In this document: in pieces, positions 40,891-49,552 of the stretch
How the letters are laid out: each line of letters opens with the position of its first letter
Numbering within the stretch: the stretch's first letter is position 1
Origin: an uncultured Candidatus Actinomarina sp.
GTDB lineage: Bacteria; Actinomycetota; Acidimicrobiia; Actinomarinales; Actinomarinaceae
NCBI GenBank assembly: GCA_902628045.1
Contig: CACOLU010000002.1
Coordinates: forward strand, 17,162-81,161
DNA: 64,000 nucleotides
Direction: 5' to 3'
Made by a program: the position numbers and the translations under genes
Notes under the pieces: generated by a model
Database searches by the model: none
What the model saw: only the letters and a program-made list of their open reading frames with translations
Told to the model about the DNA's origin: nothing

Positions 40891-40892
40891 TT

Positions 40893-41957
40893 ATGAGTAA
40901 CGAAAAAGATATAGCAAAATCAATTAGAAGAGCAGCCCTTAAAAAAAATTGGAGATTATTTAGAAGAAGTAAACTTGGAATGATTGGTTTATATATAGTA
41001 ATCTTTTTTTTCTTTCTTTCCATACTCCAGCCAATACTGTTCGTTACTGGTGTTTGGAATAAAGGTGTATATGACCCTGTAGTGGGGTATTCAGAACAAT
41101 TTCAAGAATTTTTAGTTGTTGAATGTCCCACTGAATATCCTACAGAAAAGTATAAAAATCGTTCCGATTGCCCTGGTAGAACCGAAGTAAATGTTAGAAC
41201 TTTATATTACTCCGATGCTGAAGTTGGTGATTATATTATCCAAAATTTACAACCTGCACCACCATCAAGTGAGCATATTTTGGGTACGGATTCACTCGGT
41301 AGAGATGTATTCTCTCAAATTATGGAAGGTAGTCAAGTAGCTTTTGTTTTAGGTTTGCTAAGTGCAACTTTAGGGGTCGGTATTTCCACAATTTTAGGAA
41401 CTATTGCAGCTTTTTTTGGTGGTAAAATTGACGCTTACTTAATGAGACAATCTGATTTAATACTCATGCTTCCTACACTGCCTTTATTATTCATCATTTC
41501 AGCTTTTGCTGAACTACAAGTATGGCATTTAGCTGTAGTACTTGGAACAATTGGTGGCCTTGGTGGCTCAGTAATAACAATTAAATCACAAGCTCTTCAG
41601 GTAAAAGTTAAACCTTTTGTTGATTCTGCACGTATCACAGGTGGATCACAAATGAATATACTTTTCTCACATGTATTGCCTAATGTAGCACCATTGGCTT
41701 TGTTGTTTATGGTTTTTAGCGTAACTGGAGCAATTGCTTCAGAATCAGTTCTTTCCTTTCTTGGTTTATTAAATATAGATATGAGTTGGGGTTTGATGAT
41801 TTATTTAGCACAAGTAGAGGGATTTATATTCTCTGGAATGAAGTTTTGGTGGTTGATACTGCCTGCAGGACTATCTGTGACATTTCTTACAGGGGGATTT
41901 TATTTAGTTGGACGTGGCTTAGATGAAGTATTTAATCCAAGATTGAGAGATAGATAA
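40893..41957 (+). CDS. ABC transporter permease (DppC/OppC-like)
   Basis: 354 aa. Contains HILGTDSLGRDVFSQ, an EAA-like loop (VDSARITGGSQMNILFSHVLPN), and an extended Cys-containing extracytoplasmic loop after TM1. Confidence 0.92.
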   Translation: MSNEKDIAKSIRRAALKKNWRLFRRSKLGMIGLYIVIFFFFLSILQPILFVTGVWNKGVYDPVVGYSEQFQEFLVVECPTEYPTEKYKNRSDCPGRTEVNVRTLYYSDAEVGDYIIQNLQPAPPSSEHILGTDSLGRDVFSQIMEGSQVAFVLGLLSATLGVGISTILGTIAAFFGGKIDAYLMRQSDLILMLPTLPLLFIISAFAELQVWHLAVVLGTIGGLGGSVITIKSQALQVKVKPFVDSARITGGSQMNILFSHVLPNVAPLALLFMVFSVTGAIASESVLSFLGLLNIDMSWGLMIYLAQVEGFIFSGMKFWWLILPAGLSVTFLTGGFYLVGRGLDEVFNPRLRDR

Positions 41958-42926
41958 ATGAATATTCTTGAAGTTAAAGATTTAGATATGAGTTATAGGA
42001 CTATTGATGGCGAGGTAGAAGCTGTTAAAAAAGTATCATTTACTGTTAAAGAGGGTGAGTCGTTTGGAATAGTGGGAGAGTCTGGATGCGGCAAAACATC
42101 AGTTGCGATGTCATTATTACAGCTTCAAGCAGATAATGGAAAAATTACTAATGGCGAAATTATATTTAATGGTAAAAACATAGTAGGTTTAAATGAAGCT
42201 GAACTTAGAGAAGTAAGGTGGAGTGGAATTAGTATTGTTTTTCAAGGTGCCATGAATTCTTGGAATCCAGTCGTTAAAATTGGTGAACAAATCAGAGAAG
42301 CAATGAGAGAACATTATCCTGATAAAACTAAAGATGAAAACACCAAAAAAATTATCGAACTATTTGACATTGTAGGTTTAGAATCTTCAATTATAGACAG
42401 GTTCCCACATGAACTTTCAGGTGGTATGAAACAGAGGGCTGTAATAGCACTAGCTTTATCGTGTGATCCTAAATTAATTATTGCAGATGAACCAACAACT
42501 GCTTTAGATGTTGTTATACAAGATCAAATCCTCAAAGAAATAAGGAAAGTACAAGATGTTCTTGGATTAAGTTTGATATACATATCACATGATATTGCTG
42601 TTATTGCTGAGATGACAGACAATATGGCTGTTATGTATGCAGGCTCCATTGTTGAAATGGGTAAAACAAGTAAAGTATTTAGTGATCCCAAACATGCTTA
42701 TACAAGAATGTTATTAGAGTCAACTCCATCAATAGTAGGTCCAAAAAAGAAATTAAGATCATTGGATGGTGAACCGCCATCCCTAATAAATACTGATCCT
42801 TACTGCTTGTTTTCTTACAGATGTCCGAATCCTGATGATAATTGTCAAAACAGAAAAATTGAAATGAAATTAACTAAAATCGACACAGACCATTACGTTG
42901 ATAAGTGTTGTGTAAATTGTGGGTAA
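41958..42926 (+). CDS. ABC transporter ATP-binding protein (DppD/OppD-like)
   Basis: Contains Walker A GESGCGKT, signature LSGGMKQR, and Walker B IIADEPTTALD. The C-terminal oligopeptide-type domain has six Cys. Confidence 0.95.
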   Translation: MNILEVKDLDMSYRTIDGEVEAVKKVSFTVKEGESFGIVGESGCGKTSVAMSLLQLQADNGKITNGEIIFNGKNIVGLNEAELREVRWSGISIVFQGAMNSWNPVVKIGEQIREAMREHYPDKTKDENTKKIIELFDIVGLESSIIDRFPHELSGGMKQRAVIALALSCDPKLIIADEPTTALDVVIQDQILKEIRKVQDVLGLSLIYISHDIAVIAEMTDNMAVMYAGSIVEMGKTSKVFSDPKHAYTRMLLESTPSIVGPKKKLRSLDGEPPSLINTDPYCLFSYRCPNPDDNCQNRKIEMKLTKIDTDHYVDKCCVNCG

Positions 42927-42929
42927 TAT

Positions 42930-43883
42930 ATGGAAAATACTTTAATAGAAGTTAAAAATTTAGAAAAATACTTTGAAGTATCAAGTGGTTTGTTCTCAAG
43001 AAACAAAGCTATTGTAAAAGCAGTTGATGGTATAAGTTTTAATATTCCATTTGGTTCTAGTTTAGGTCTTGTTGGACAAAGTGGTTGTGGTAAAACTACG
43101 ACAGCTAGGGCTTTGAGTTTATTAGATCCAAAAACTGGTGGCGACATTAATTTTTACAATACAGAAACAAGCAGTATGCAAAGTATTGATGAATTAGAGG
43201 GTGAAGAATTAAAAAAGTTTAGAAGAAATATACAAATGATTTTTCAAGACCCATACGAATCATTGAATCCTCGTTGGAATATAAAAGATATAATTTTAGA
43301 ACCATTGAATATACATAACATCGGTGATTTGAAAGATAGGGAAGAAGCAGTATATGAAATTTTAAAAACAGTAGGTTTAACACCGCCTGAAAACTATATG
43401 CCAAGATATCCACATGAATTGTCAGGTGGACAGCGCCAGAGGGTTTCTATTGCTCGTACTTTAATTATGAAACCTAAGTTTGTTGTTTGTGATGAACCCA
43501 CTTCAATGTTAGATGTATCAATACGTATTTCAATAATGGATCTAATGTTAAATCTTGCAAAAGATTTAGAAGTATCTTATTTGTATATAACACATGATCT
43601 TGCTGTTGCTAGATATATGTGTGATCGAATAGCTGTAATGTTCAATGGAAAAATTGTTGAAATTGCAGAAACTGAGGATCTTTTAAATAATCCAATTCAT
43701 CCGTACACTAAAAGATTAATCTCTTCAATACCCATTCCGGATCCTTCTCACAAAAGAGAAACTTACGAAGTTAATTTTCAAGAATTAGATTCCCTAATTG
43801 CTGATAATCCAAATTCAGGTGAAATGATTGAAGTAAGCTCAAATCATTTTGTTGCAACTCATGATGTAAAAGGGATTCTTTGA
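42930..43883 (+). CDS. ABC transporter ATP-binding protein (DppF/OppF-like)
   Basis: Contains Walker A GQSGCGKT, signature LSGGQRQR, and Walker B VVCDEPTSMLD. Confidence 0.95.
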   Translation: MENTLIEVKNLEKYFEVSSGLFSRNKAIVKAVDGISFNIPFGSSLGLVGQSGCGKTTTARALSLLDPKTGGDINFYNTETSSMQSIDELEGEELKKFRRNIQMIFQDPYESLNPRWNIKDIILEPLNIHNIGDLKDREEAVYEILKTVGLTPPENYMPRYPHELSGGQRQRVSIARTLIMKPKFVVCDEPTSMLDVSIRISIMDLMLNLAKDLEVSYLYITHDLAVARYMCDRIAVMFNGKIVEIAETEDLLNNPIHPYTKRLISSIPIPDPSHKRETYEVNFQELDSLIADNPNSGEMIEVSSNHFVATHDVKGIL

Positions 43884-44410
43884 AATTAAAAGATATATTT
43901 CTTTTACCTAATCTAATAACGTTATCTCGATTCTTCCTAGCTATTTATCTCTTTTATAATTATCAGCCTGAAAATTTTAATGTTTATGTTCTAGTAATTA
44001 TTATTGCTCTAATTGGTATTTCAGACTCAATAGATGGAGTTGTTGCTAGAAAATATAATTTAGTATCAAAATTAGGGATAATATTAGATCCTTTGACTGA
44101 TAGAGTAGTATTTATTATTCTTTTATTTTGGTTATCTTCTATTATTCCTCAAAATTTTATTTACGCTGTTTTAACCCGTGAAGTCCTTGTTTTGATTGGC
44201 TCAATTTATGTCTTATTTAGGGGGTCAAAGATAGAAGTATCTAGAAAAGGCAAATATGCCACTGTTTCTTTATTCGTAACAATTTGTTTATTTGTATTAA
44301 ATACTTCATTATCAATTCCATATTTACACTACGTAGCAATTGCAGTCATAATTTTTTACTTTTATGTTGCAATTGAATATTTGTACAACTTAATATATAA
44401 GAGTGGATAA
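43880..44410 (+). CDS. pgsA: CDP-alcohol phosphatidyltransferase (PgsA-like)
   Basis: Has the exact motif D-G-x2-A-R-x8-G-x3-D-x3-D (DGVVARKYNLVSKLGIILDPLTD). 176 aa, multi-TM. The TTG start overlaps the upstream stop. Confidence 0.8.
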   Translation: MKLKDIFLLPNLITLSRFFLAIYLFYNYQPENFNVYVLVIIIALIGISDSIDGVVARKYNLVSKLGIILDPLTDRVVFIILLFWLSSIIPQNFIYAVLTREVLVLIGSIYVLFRGSKIEVSRKGKYATVSLFVTICLFVLNTSLSIPYLHYVAIAVIIFYFYVAIEYLYNLIYKSG

Positions 44411-44750
44411 CGAAACAATACCTTTAGATTCTTCAAGCAATTCAGCTGAAGAACCATTATTTATACTTTCTTTATTAAACAACGAGTTAAAGTCATCTTC
44501 ATGGAAATTAACAAATAAAGACTACAAAATTGGCAGATCATCGGAAAATAATATTATATTAGATGATATTACTGTATCAAGAAATCATGCTACGCTATCC
44601 GTTACTAAAGAAATAATTAAAATTGTTGATCATCACTCAACAAATGGAACTTATATAAATAATGAAATTAAAAGTGAATGTAAGCTTAAATCCGGAGACA
44701 AGATACAAATAGGTAAATATTTATTACTCTTTACTAAGGTTATAAAATGA
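44403..44750 (+). CDS. garA: FHA-domain protein, GarA/OdhI-like
   Basis: IGRSSENNIILDDITVSRNHATL, STNGTYINN and GDKIQIGKYLLLF align with OdhI/GarA. It lies directly upstream of the ftsR-like MerR gene, as in Corynebacterium and Mycobacterium. GTG start. Confidence 0.75.
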   Translation: MDNETIPLDSSSNSAEEPLFILSLLNNELKSSSWKLTNKDYKIGRSSENNIILDDITVSRNHATLSVTKEIIKIVDHHSTNGTYINNEIKSECKLKSGDKIQIGKYLLLFTKVIK

Positions 44751-45325
44751 ACATTGGTGAAGCTGTAAAAGCTTTACAAATTAAATATCCTTCTGCTTCG
44801 ATATCAAGAATTAGATTTTTAGAAAAAGAAGGTTTAATTAATATTAAAAGATCTTCAGGGGGTACAAGAAAATTTACAAATAAAGATATCGAAAAGATTT
44901 CCAAAATTATAGATTTACAAGAAAATAAATTTTACAGCTTAAAAGCAATTAAAAACAATCCTTCGCTATTAAAAAGTACTAAAACAAAAAGTATAAAAAT
45001 CAATGACTATTCAATTAGGGATATTCTTAAACAATCAGGATTAGCTACCTCTCAGTATGATGATTTAGTATCTTTTGGGTTTGAAATAAATAAAGAAATT
45101 TATAACACTGAAGATTTAAATAGAATGAAAGCATGGTCATACTTTTATTCGCTTGGTTTGGAGCCGAAAAATTTTTCAGTACTAAAATCTATAAACGAGC
45201 GTTCAAACGATTTTGTTGAATTTATAAATAGCCTATTACCTGATGATAAAGAAGTAGAACGTTCCTTAATAATTGAAAATTATGCAATTTTAATTAGGAG
45301 TTATTTATTAAAAGATATTTCTTAA
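44747..45325 (+). CDS. MerR-family regulator, Rv1828/FtsR-like
   Basis: NIGEAVKALQIKYPSASISRIRFLEKEGLINIKRSSGGTRKFTNKDI matches the Rv1828/FtsR N-terminus (..ISKIRFLE.EGL..P.R..SGYR.F). ATGA overlap with garA. Confidence 0.75.
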   Translation: MNIGEAVKALQIKYPSASISRIRFLEKEGLINIKRSSGGTRKFTNKDIEKISKIIDLQENKFYSLKAIKNNPSLLKSTKTKSIKINDYSIRDILKQSGLATSQYDDLVSFGFEINKEIYNTEDLNRMKAWSYFYSLGLEPKNFSVLKSINERSNDFVEFINSLLPDDKEVERSLIIENYAILIRSYLLKDIS

Positions 45326-46389
45326 TTTTCATTATTTTAATATTTATAACTACCAATTCATATGCTTACGAACTTGATGAAGCGTTATTAACTACTGAAT
45401 TTTATTTATCCTATGACTTAGATAAAAAAGTGATTTTATATAAAAAAAATATTAATGAACCCATATCGCCTGCATCAATCACTAAATTAATGACAGCATT
45501 AATACTATATGAATACAATGAATTGAATGAATTAGTATCTATATCATATCCGGATACATACAATTTTGAAGGAAAGGTAGCATATCTATCTGAAGGATCA
45601 GTATTGTCTGTTGAGCAGTTATTAGAATTTTTATTAGTATATTCAGCGAATGATTCTGCATATGCAACAGCAATGCATGTATCAAATTCTGTTGATGATT
45701 TTGTAAAATTAATGAATACTAGGGCAAAAAAACTAAATATGGTAAATACTAATTTTCAAAACCCTGATGGACTAGATCAGGAAAATCACTACACAACTAT
45801 TAACGATTTACTCCTACTTTCAGATTATATTTTGAGAAATACAAAAATTTTAGATATTACAAAAAAAACAAAATTTTATTACGATGAAAATGGAAAACTT
45901 AGAGATTATGAAAATACAAATTTAATAATAAAAGATGGTTTTAAAGGTTTAAAAACTGGATGGACCTCTAAAGCAGGTCTAACATTTATTGGCTACAATC
46001 AAGAAAATAATAGAAACATTGTTACAATCGTAAATAAATCCTTTGTTGATGAAAAAAAAGAATCACACTTTGAAGATACATTACTTCTATATAATAAAAC
46101 ATTGGAAAATTTCAAAGATCATTTATTGTTAAGCAAATCTGATAATGTGTATAAAATCATTAATTCCTTTGATTCGACATATCATACATATAATTACGAT
46201 ATTTTGAAATTTGGTAATATAAATATTTCAAAACAGGTTTATCTTAAAAGCATTGATAATTCTGAAATGTTTTTTGAAAATAAATTTGATAATGAATTTA
46301 TAAATATAGATATATTGAGATCAGAGAACAGTATTCAATATAATTTTTTTATGTCAAATGCAATATCTAAATTAGTTTCTTCTAACTAG
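45307..46389 (+). CDS. D-alanyl-D-alanine carboxypeptidase (S11, PBP5/DacB-like), probable ATT start
   Basis: Contains SxxK (SITK), SxN (SAND) and KTG (KTGWT). Homology to PBP5 (..L.YD...KVL....N....PASITKLMT) and a signal peptide (KRYFLIFIILIFITTNSYA/YE) extend upstream of the track start (GTG 45430). The frame is open from 45298 with no ATG, GTG, TTG or CTG. AGGAG lies at 45296-45300, 6 nt before ATT 45307. Confidence 0.8.
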   Translation: MKRYFLIFIILIFITTNSYAYELDEALLTTEFYLSYDLDKKVILYKKNINEPISPASITKLMTALILYEYNELNELVSISYPDTYNFEGKVAYLSEGSVLSVEQLLEFLLVYSANDSAYATAMHVSNSVDDFVKLMNTRAKKLNMVNTNFQNPDGLDQENHYTTINDLLLLSDYILRNTKILDITKKTKFYYDENGKLRDYENTNLIIKDGFKGLKTGWTSKAGLTFIGYNQENNRNIVTIVNKSFVDEKKESHFEDTLLLYNKTLENFKDHLLLSKSDNVYKIINSFDSTYHTYNYDILKFGNINISKQVYLKSIDNSEMFFENKFDNEFINIDILRSENSIQYNFFMSNAISKLVSSN

Positions 46390-46420
46390 AAATAAAATAT
46401 ATCAATATTATTCTTTTTCT

Positions 46421-46900
46421 ATGAACAATAATGTAACAGTAGAAGTTTCTGGGATAAGGCTAGAGGAGGATTCTGAAACGCCAATCATGCTTTTACATGA
46501 ACCTGAAACTTCAAGATATCTTCCTATTTGGATAGGTACTATTGAAGCTGTTTCAATTGCATATGCACAAGAAGGCTATGTTCACCCAAGACCTCAAACT
46601 CATGATTTTCTCTTGGATATTATTGAATCTTTAAATGCATCCATCTCAGAAGTGTGTATTACAGATATAAAAGATAAAACATATTATGCAGAGGTTACGT
46701 TAAGCACTATTGAAGGAAGTGTTACTTTATCTTCAAGACCAAGTGACGCAATAGCACTAGCTATTAGATCGAATTCTAAAATCTCTGTAAATAATGCCTT
46801 ATTTAATCAAAATTCAATCGTGTTAATTGATGACAATAATCAAGAAATCAAAGATTTCGTTGAATTTATTGAAGATATTTCACCTGATGATTTTCGTTAA
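46421..46900 (+). CDS. bifunctional nuclease family protein (DUF151, Rv1829-like)
   Basis: PIMLLHEPETSRYLPIWIGTIEAVSIAYAQEGYVHPRPQTHDFLLDII is the family core. 159 aa. Confidence 0.85.
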   Translation: MNNNVTVEVSGIRLEEDSETPIMLLHEPETSRYLPIWIGTIEAVSIAYAQEGYVHPRPQTHDFLLDIIESLNASISEVCITDIKDKTYYAEVTLSTIEGSVTLSSRPSDAIALAIRSNSKISVNNALFNQNSIVLIDDNNQEIKDFVEFIEDISPDDFR

Positions 46901-46917
46901 ATCCTTGAATAACTGTA

Positions 46918-46934
46918 TTAATCTAGTAGATTAA
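46918..46934. promoter_or_regulatory. perfect palindrome TTAATCTA-G-TAGATTAA immediately upstream of the MerR gene
   Basis: 8-bp arms ending 4 nt before ATG 46939. Possible operator. AT-rich, so chance occurrence is not negligible. Confidence 0.3.
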
Positions 46935-46938
46935 AACT

Positions 46939-47382
46939 ATGCAACAGGGTTATACAGGACCAGAAGTTTGTAAAATTACTGGTATATCTTATAGACAATT
47001 AGATCATTGGACTACAACAAATCTTATTAATGCATCTATTAGAAATATTAAAGGTTCAGGATTTCATAGATTATATTCTTTTAATGATATTGTTTTAGTA
47101 AAACTTGTTAATAAATTACGTGATGCAGGCATAAGCTTACAAAAAATTAGAGTAGCTTTAACAAATGTTTCTAACTTACTCGGTAAAAAGAAGAATGTCA
47201 TAGATGTTTCAATATTTTCTGATGGATCCTCTATTTATGTATTAACTGAAAATGACCAAATGATTGATTTGCTTAAAAAAGGTCAGGCAGTTTTTGGAAT
47301 TTCACTAGGGCCAGTTCACACTGAAACGGAAGCAGAAATTTTTTCTTTATTTCCAGAAAAGATTACTGCACAGAATAAATGA
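46939..47382 (+). CDS. MerR-family regulator, Rv1830-like
   Basis: YTGPEVCKITGISYRQLDHWTTTNLI...GSGFHRLYSFNDIVLVKLVNKLRDAGISLQKIR matches the conserved actinobacterial Rv1830 family. Confidence 0.85.
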   Translation: MQQGYTGPEVCKITGISYRQLDHWTTTNLINASIRNIKGSGFHRLYSFNDIVLVKLVNKLRDAGISLQKIRVALTNVSNLLGKKKNVIDVSIFSDGSSIYVLTENDQMIDLLKKGQAVFGISLGPVHTETEAEIFSLFPEKITAQNK

Positions 47383-47711
47383 ACTTCGCACACTATTCTG
47401 AAAAGATATTTTCTGAACATTTAGACTTATTTAACATTAAATGGATTTACGAACCAACTAGTTTTCCTTTAAAGTGGGGTAGTGGTGCTATTAAAATGAT
47501 GTTTACACCTGATTTTTATTTACCTGAATTAGATGTTTATGTTGAAATCACAACTATGAACCAAAATTTAATAACAAAAAAACAAAAGAAAATAAAATTA
47601 GCTAGAAAATTATATCCAACAAGCAATTTTAAGTTAATTAACGAATCACAATTTTATAATTTTTTAAATAATGATAATGAATTACTAGTTAAGAAAGCTA
47701 TCGCTAGCTGA
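47379..47711 (+). CDS. hypothetical protein with a possible PD-(D/E)XK-like core
   Basis: 110 aa. ATGA overlap with the MerR gene. ..WIYEPTSFPL....FTPDFYLPELDVYVEITT.. resembles a minimal restriction-endonuclease-fold signature, but the Lys is not in the canonical place. Confidence 0.4.
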   Translation: MNFAHYSEKIFSEHLDLFNIKWIYEPTSFPLKWGSGAIKMMFTPDFYLPELDVYVEITTMNQNLITKKQKKIKLARKLYPTSNFKLINESQFYNFLNNDNELLVKKAIAS

Positions 47712-48626
47712 ATATTCAAGTAGGGTAGTGGGGTTTTCAATCCCAGCTATCTTCGCTATATATAGTTCTTGATTTATACTCGTATTACTCATTAATCTAT
47801 TATCAGTATTCAATGATATGTTGAATCCTAAATTATGAAGTCTTGATATTGGATGGTGTTCAGGGCTTTTATACATATTAGTATGTAGGTTAGACGTAAT
47901 ACATATTTCCAATGGTATATTATTTTGAAGTACGTAATCTGCAGTATGTCCTAATTTATCATCATCAGCAATATCTTCAATAATTCTTACGCCGTGACCT
48001 ATTCTTTTTGCTCCATTATCAAGCGCTTCTTGAATTGAATGTACTCCGTCCCCCTCACCTGCGTGAATTGTTATATTAATTCCTTCATTTTTAACTTTTA
48101 AAAAACTATCTTTATACAAAGAAGGTAAATAATTTAGTTCAGGCCCAGCAATATCAAAACCAATGATCATTTCTTTATAATCTATAGCTAACTCAGCAAC
48201 AGCTTTTACATTTTGAGCGTCATGTCTCATTCCGCATAATATTAATCCGGATAAAATACCACATTCATTTTCAGCTTGTTTAAAGCCTGAATTTATTGCT
48301 TGAATTACATCTTTAGGGGATAAGTTATCATTTACTGAGTAAAAGGGAGCATATCGTGATTCATAGAAATTTATATTATTTTGATGCATATCTATAGCTG
48401 CTTCGTAAGCTATTCGTTCTAAATTACTATAAGATTGCATTAAAGCTATGGTGTGTGTAAAAGCTTCTAAATAATCTTCTAAAGAAGTTGAAGAAGATCT
48501 GTCAAAGAAATTAGCAACATCATCCGCTTCAATAATTGGTGAGTAGTTTATTTCTTGTGCCAGTATTTTTGCAGTAGAAGGCCTCAAACCTCCATCTAAG
48601 TGATCATGTAATACTTGATTATACAT
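47685..48626 (-). CDS. add: adenosine deaminase
   Basis: Contains LHDHLDGGLRP, HAGE and SLNTDNRLMS. 313 aa. Confidence 0.9.
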   Translation of the reverse strand: MYNQVLHDHLDGGLRPSTAKILAQEINYSPIIEADDVANFFDRSSSTSLEDYLEAFTHTIALMQSYSNLERIAYEAAIDMHQNNINFYESRYAPFYSVNDNLSPKDVIQAINSGFKQAENECGILSGLILCGMRHDAQNVKAVAELAIDYKEMIIGFDIAGPELNYLPSLYKDSFLKVKNEGINITIHAGEGDGVHSIQEALDNGAKRIGHGVRIIEDIADDDKLGHTADYVLQNNIPLEICITSNLHTNMYKSPEHHPISRLHNLGFNISLNTDNRLMSNTSINQELYIAKIAGIENPTTLLEYSASDSFLN

Positions 48627-48664
48627 TACGCAACATAATATATATTATAGGACAAGTATCAAAT

Positions 48665-49552
48665 TCAGATAATTTCACTAATTACACTCTCCTTATGTGT
48701 TAATGGTAGCCAATGATCTGCATTTTTGATTTCTTTTACTATCACATTTGTTCCTATTGAATTTAATCTATTAATCATTTTTTTATTTAGTTTTACGGCT
48801 GCATCATATTCACCAAATAAAAAGGTTACTTCAATGTTATGTTCTCTTCTCCATTGACTGGATAGTTCTAGATTATAATCAATGTTCGAATACCAAGATA
48901 TGGCTTGCTTCATACCTTTGTCGAAATGTTTTACTAATGAATTTATATCTATATTGTGAATTTTGCTATGTTCATTATGTGTTGTAAATAATTTTCTCAA
49001 TGATAGATCTAGTAGTTTATATTCATTTTTTGTGGTAACTCTGTATGCAGATCTAAAGAATAAATCTAGATTATCAGCAATTAGATTATTTGCTTGCTCA
49101 GGATTCTGAAATGAAGTTATGTAATGCTGACCATTCTCATAGACTAAATTTTCATAAACACTTGATGGTGGGAACTCTGTACCGCCACAAATTAATACTA
49201 GTTTTTTAACTACTACATTTCCCCTGTTTGCTATAGCCCACGCAACAATAGATCCCCAGTCATGTCCAACAATTATAAGATTATTATTTAAATTTAATTC
49301 TTTTATTAAATTCTCAATATCTAACGATAAATTTTCAATATTAAAATCATTGACATTAAATTTATTCATGGATGACAGTGGGTAACCTCTTTGTTCAACA
49401 ACTGTTACCCTTAATTGATCTTTTAATTCTTTTTTAATATTATCCCAGAAATACATATTTGATGGAAAACCATGGAGGAATAGCACATCTCTCCCCTCTC
49501 CTTCAATCGTATATGAGAGTTCAAAATCTTCTAATTGTAATTTATGTATCAT
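48665..49552 (-). CDS. alpha/beta hydrolase (epoxide hydrolase / haloalkane dehalogenase-like)
   Basis: Contains FLHGFPS and the nucleophile elbow VGHDWGS, with a C-terminal His (NADHW). Confidence 0.8.
   Translation of the reverse strand: MIHKLQLEDFELSYTIEGEGRDVLFLHGFPSNMYFWDNIKKELKDQLRVTVVEQRGYPLSSMNKFNVNDFNIENLSLDIENLIKELNLNNNLIIVGHDWGSIVAWAIANRGNVVVKKLVLICGGTEFPPSSVYENLVYENGQHYITSFQNPEQANNLIADNLDLFFRSAYRVTTKNEYKLLDLSLRKLFTTHNEHSKIHNIDINSLVKHFDKGMKQAISWYSNIDYNLELSSQWRREHNIEVTFLFGEYDAAVKLNKKMINRLNSIGTNVIVKEIKNADHWLPLTHKESVISEII

Noticed and set aside
37657-43883. The ABC importer as a horizontally acquired island, because of its different amino-acid and base composition.
   Set aside because: There is no integrase, tRNA, direct repeats or gene-order break at its borders. 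Its last gene overlaps pgsA. High expression and extracytoplasmic or membrane protein composition could explain the bias. It is kept only as a low-interest note.
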